Source: an uncultured Fimbriimonadales bacterium
GTDB lineage: Bacteria; Armatimonadota; Fimbriimonadia; Fimbriimonadales; GBS-DC
NCBI GenBank assembly: GCA_964451985.1
Contig: CAYVKB010000002.1
Location: 32,240-96,239 of the forward strand
Direction: 5' to 3'
DNA length: 64,000 bases
Below, piece after piece: positions 62,489-64,000 of the stretch. Every line of letters begins with the position of its first letter. Position 1 is the first letter of the stretch. The notes below the pieces were generated by a model that worked only from the letters and a program-made list of their open reading frames with translations, did no database searches and was not told where the DNA came from. Position numbers and translations under genes: made by a program.

Positions 62489-64000
62489 ATGTACGGTGTT
62501 AAACGATTGGGCGAATGGCTATTGCAGCAGGGCAAGATTACGCCGCAGCAGTTGGAGGAGGCGTTGGCGACTCAGCGGATTACGGGCAAGCGGCTGGGCG
62601 AGACGCTGATTGAGTTGGGGTTTATCACGCCTGATGACTACCATGAGGCGCAGGCGGCGCAGTGGGAGTGCCCCTACGAGCCGCTGAACGAGGCAACGCT
62701 GACGCGCGCCGCCGCCTTACGCCACTGGGTTAGCCTGCAAGACGCCACGCGGTTCATGGTCGTGCCCCTGCGCGAGGAAGCCAACGCGTTGTGGGTTGCC
62801 ACACCCGACCCGAACAACGTGGAGATGCTCGACTTCCTACGCCAGAGCACGGGACGGTTCATTAAAGTCGCCTACAGCCCACCAGAGCACGTGCTGCAGG
62901 CAATTGCCCGCCTGTACGGCGTCCACGAGGCACACGCCACCTCCTCTGAAGAGAACCTTGAAATCGAAGAGTCACCGATTGAGCAGCTCGAGGATGTAGG
63001 TCAGCTGGAGCAGACCGTGAACCAAGCCCCTGTGATACGGATGGTGAACGGGATTCTGCTGGAGGCGGTGGAGCGTGGGGCGAGCGACATCCACTTCGAG
63101 CCGATGGAGAACCGTCTGCAGGTGCGCCTGCGCATCGACGGAGTGCTGTACCCCGTGCGCAACATTCCGCGTTGTTTGCAGGGGGCGGTGCTGGCGCGTG
63201 TGAAACTGATGGGCGAGATGGACATCGCCGACCGACGCCGCCCTCAAGACGGACGATTCACGTTCAAATCGGGCGAGCGCAAAATCGATGCCCGCGTGTC
63301 ATCGCTACCCACCGTGTTCGGTGAGCGCGTGGTGGTACGCCTGCTGAACCGTGAAGACGCTTTGAAGCCGCTCAACCAACTGGGCATGCCCCCGCAGGTG
63401 GAGCAGAGCTTAGTCGAACTCGCGAGCCGACCGTGGGGCATGATATTAGTCACAGGTCCCACTGGTTCAGGGAAGAGCACAACCCTGTATGCACTGTTGC
63501 AGCAAGTGAAGTCCGACCGTCGCAACATTCTCACCTGTGAAGACCCAGTGGAGTTCACGATTGAGGGGATCGGACAGTCCCAGGTGAATGAGCGAGCAGG
63601 ACTGACGTTCGCCAGCCAACTACGGGCGATTTTGCGTCAAGACCCGGATGTGGTGTTGGTAGGTGAGGTGCGCGACGCAGAGACCGCCGAAATCGCCTGT
63701 CGCGCGGCGATGACGGGGCACTTGGTACTGGCAACCTTGCACACGAACGATGCAACCAGCGCGCCCGCTCGCATGGTTGACATGGGTATTCCGCCGTTTC
63801 TGATTAACTCCGCGCTGGTTGGCGTACTGGCGCAACGGCTGGTGCGTCGCCTATGCGACCGATGTAAACAGCTCACGACCATAACCGACCCCACGATTAC
63901 CAATCTCTGTGCGGGTGAGCCAATCTCAGCATATGAACCTGTGGGCTGCAGCGCATGCAACGACATCGGCTACAAGGGGCGCGTAGGGCTGTATGAGCTG
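62489..64000 (+). CDS. type II secretion / type IV pilus assembly ATPase (GspE/PilB family), 3' end off the window
   Basis: Own translation from ATG 62489 (AGGAG RBS): T2SSE N-domain, ...GASDIHFEP...GPTGSGKSTTLY...LRQDPDV..VGEVRD...GHLVLATLHTND...C..C..C..C. Not in the ORF track because there is no stop. Confidence 0.9.
   Translation, partial: MYGVKRLGEWLLQQGKITPQQLEEALATQRITGKRLGETLIELGFITPDDYHEAQAAQWECPYEPLNEATLTRAAALRHWVSLQDATRFMVVPLREEANALWVATPDPNNVEMLDFLRQSTGRFIKVAYSPPEHVLQAIARLYGVHEAHATSSEENLEIEESPIEQLEDVGQLEQTVNQAPVIRMVNGILLEAVERGASDIHFEPMENRLQVRLRIDGVLYPVRNIPRCLQGAVLARVKLMGEMDIADRRRPQDGRFTFKSGERKIDARVSSLPTVFGERVVVRLLNREDALKPLNQLGMPPQVEQSLVELASRPWGMILVTGPTGSGKSTTLYALLQQVKSDRRNILTCEDPVEFTIEGIGQSQVNERAGLTFASQLRAILRQDPDVVLVGEVRDAETAEIACRAAMTGHLVLATLHTNDATSAPARMVDMGIPPFLINSALVGVLAQRLVRRLCDRCKQLTTITDPTITNLCAGEPISAYEPVGCSACNDIGYKGRVGLYEL

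Overview
GC-rich bacterial chromosomal segment, about 65 protein genes, 3 tRNAs, no rRNA, no CRISPR, no intact transposase. Most of it is housekeeping: lgt-lspA, murA-mreB, lysC, anmK, apgM, dsbD, tatA-secG, nrnA-truB-ribF-lptB, tatD. These are mixed with envelope and secretome genes: three pseudopilin-like proteins with the [11 protein letters not shown]-terminus, a PEP-CTERM protein, two secreted proteins with dockerin-like C-termini, GH5 and GHL10 glycosidases, and M14/M16/M28/M32/M50 peptidases. The window ends in a partial GspE/PilB ATPase. This protein repertoire suggests an Armatimonadota- or Planctomycetota-like lineage, which is inference only. Seven things deserve a second look. (1) A 2-kb Dam-type methylase plus uncharacterised PD-(D/E)xK-like nuclease cassette is bracketed by an exact 18-bp direct repeat that carries a TATAAT box. 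(2) About 19 genes have a -10-like hexamer (consensus GGTAnnnT) 6-10 nt upstream of the start codon and no Shine-Dalgarno sequence, which implies widespread leaderless mRNAs. (3) An iron locus has a split FeoB, a Cys-rich zinc-ribbon ORF overlapping feoA, and a divergent Fur-family gene translationally coupled to a P1B-4 (SPC/HEGST) ATPase. Its shared control region holds a palindrome and a G9 tract. (4) There are two families of short dispersed repeats. One is amplified into a 61-nt tandem array, and the other has a copy lying in frame inside anmK. (5) Remnants of DUF4058 and Uma2 nuclease-like genes are present. (6) A tRNA-Arg with anticodon GCG is encoded. (7) Several candidate small RNAs or structured leaders occur. 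Many long ORFs in the track are antisense artefacts of high GC and are not called.
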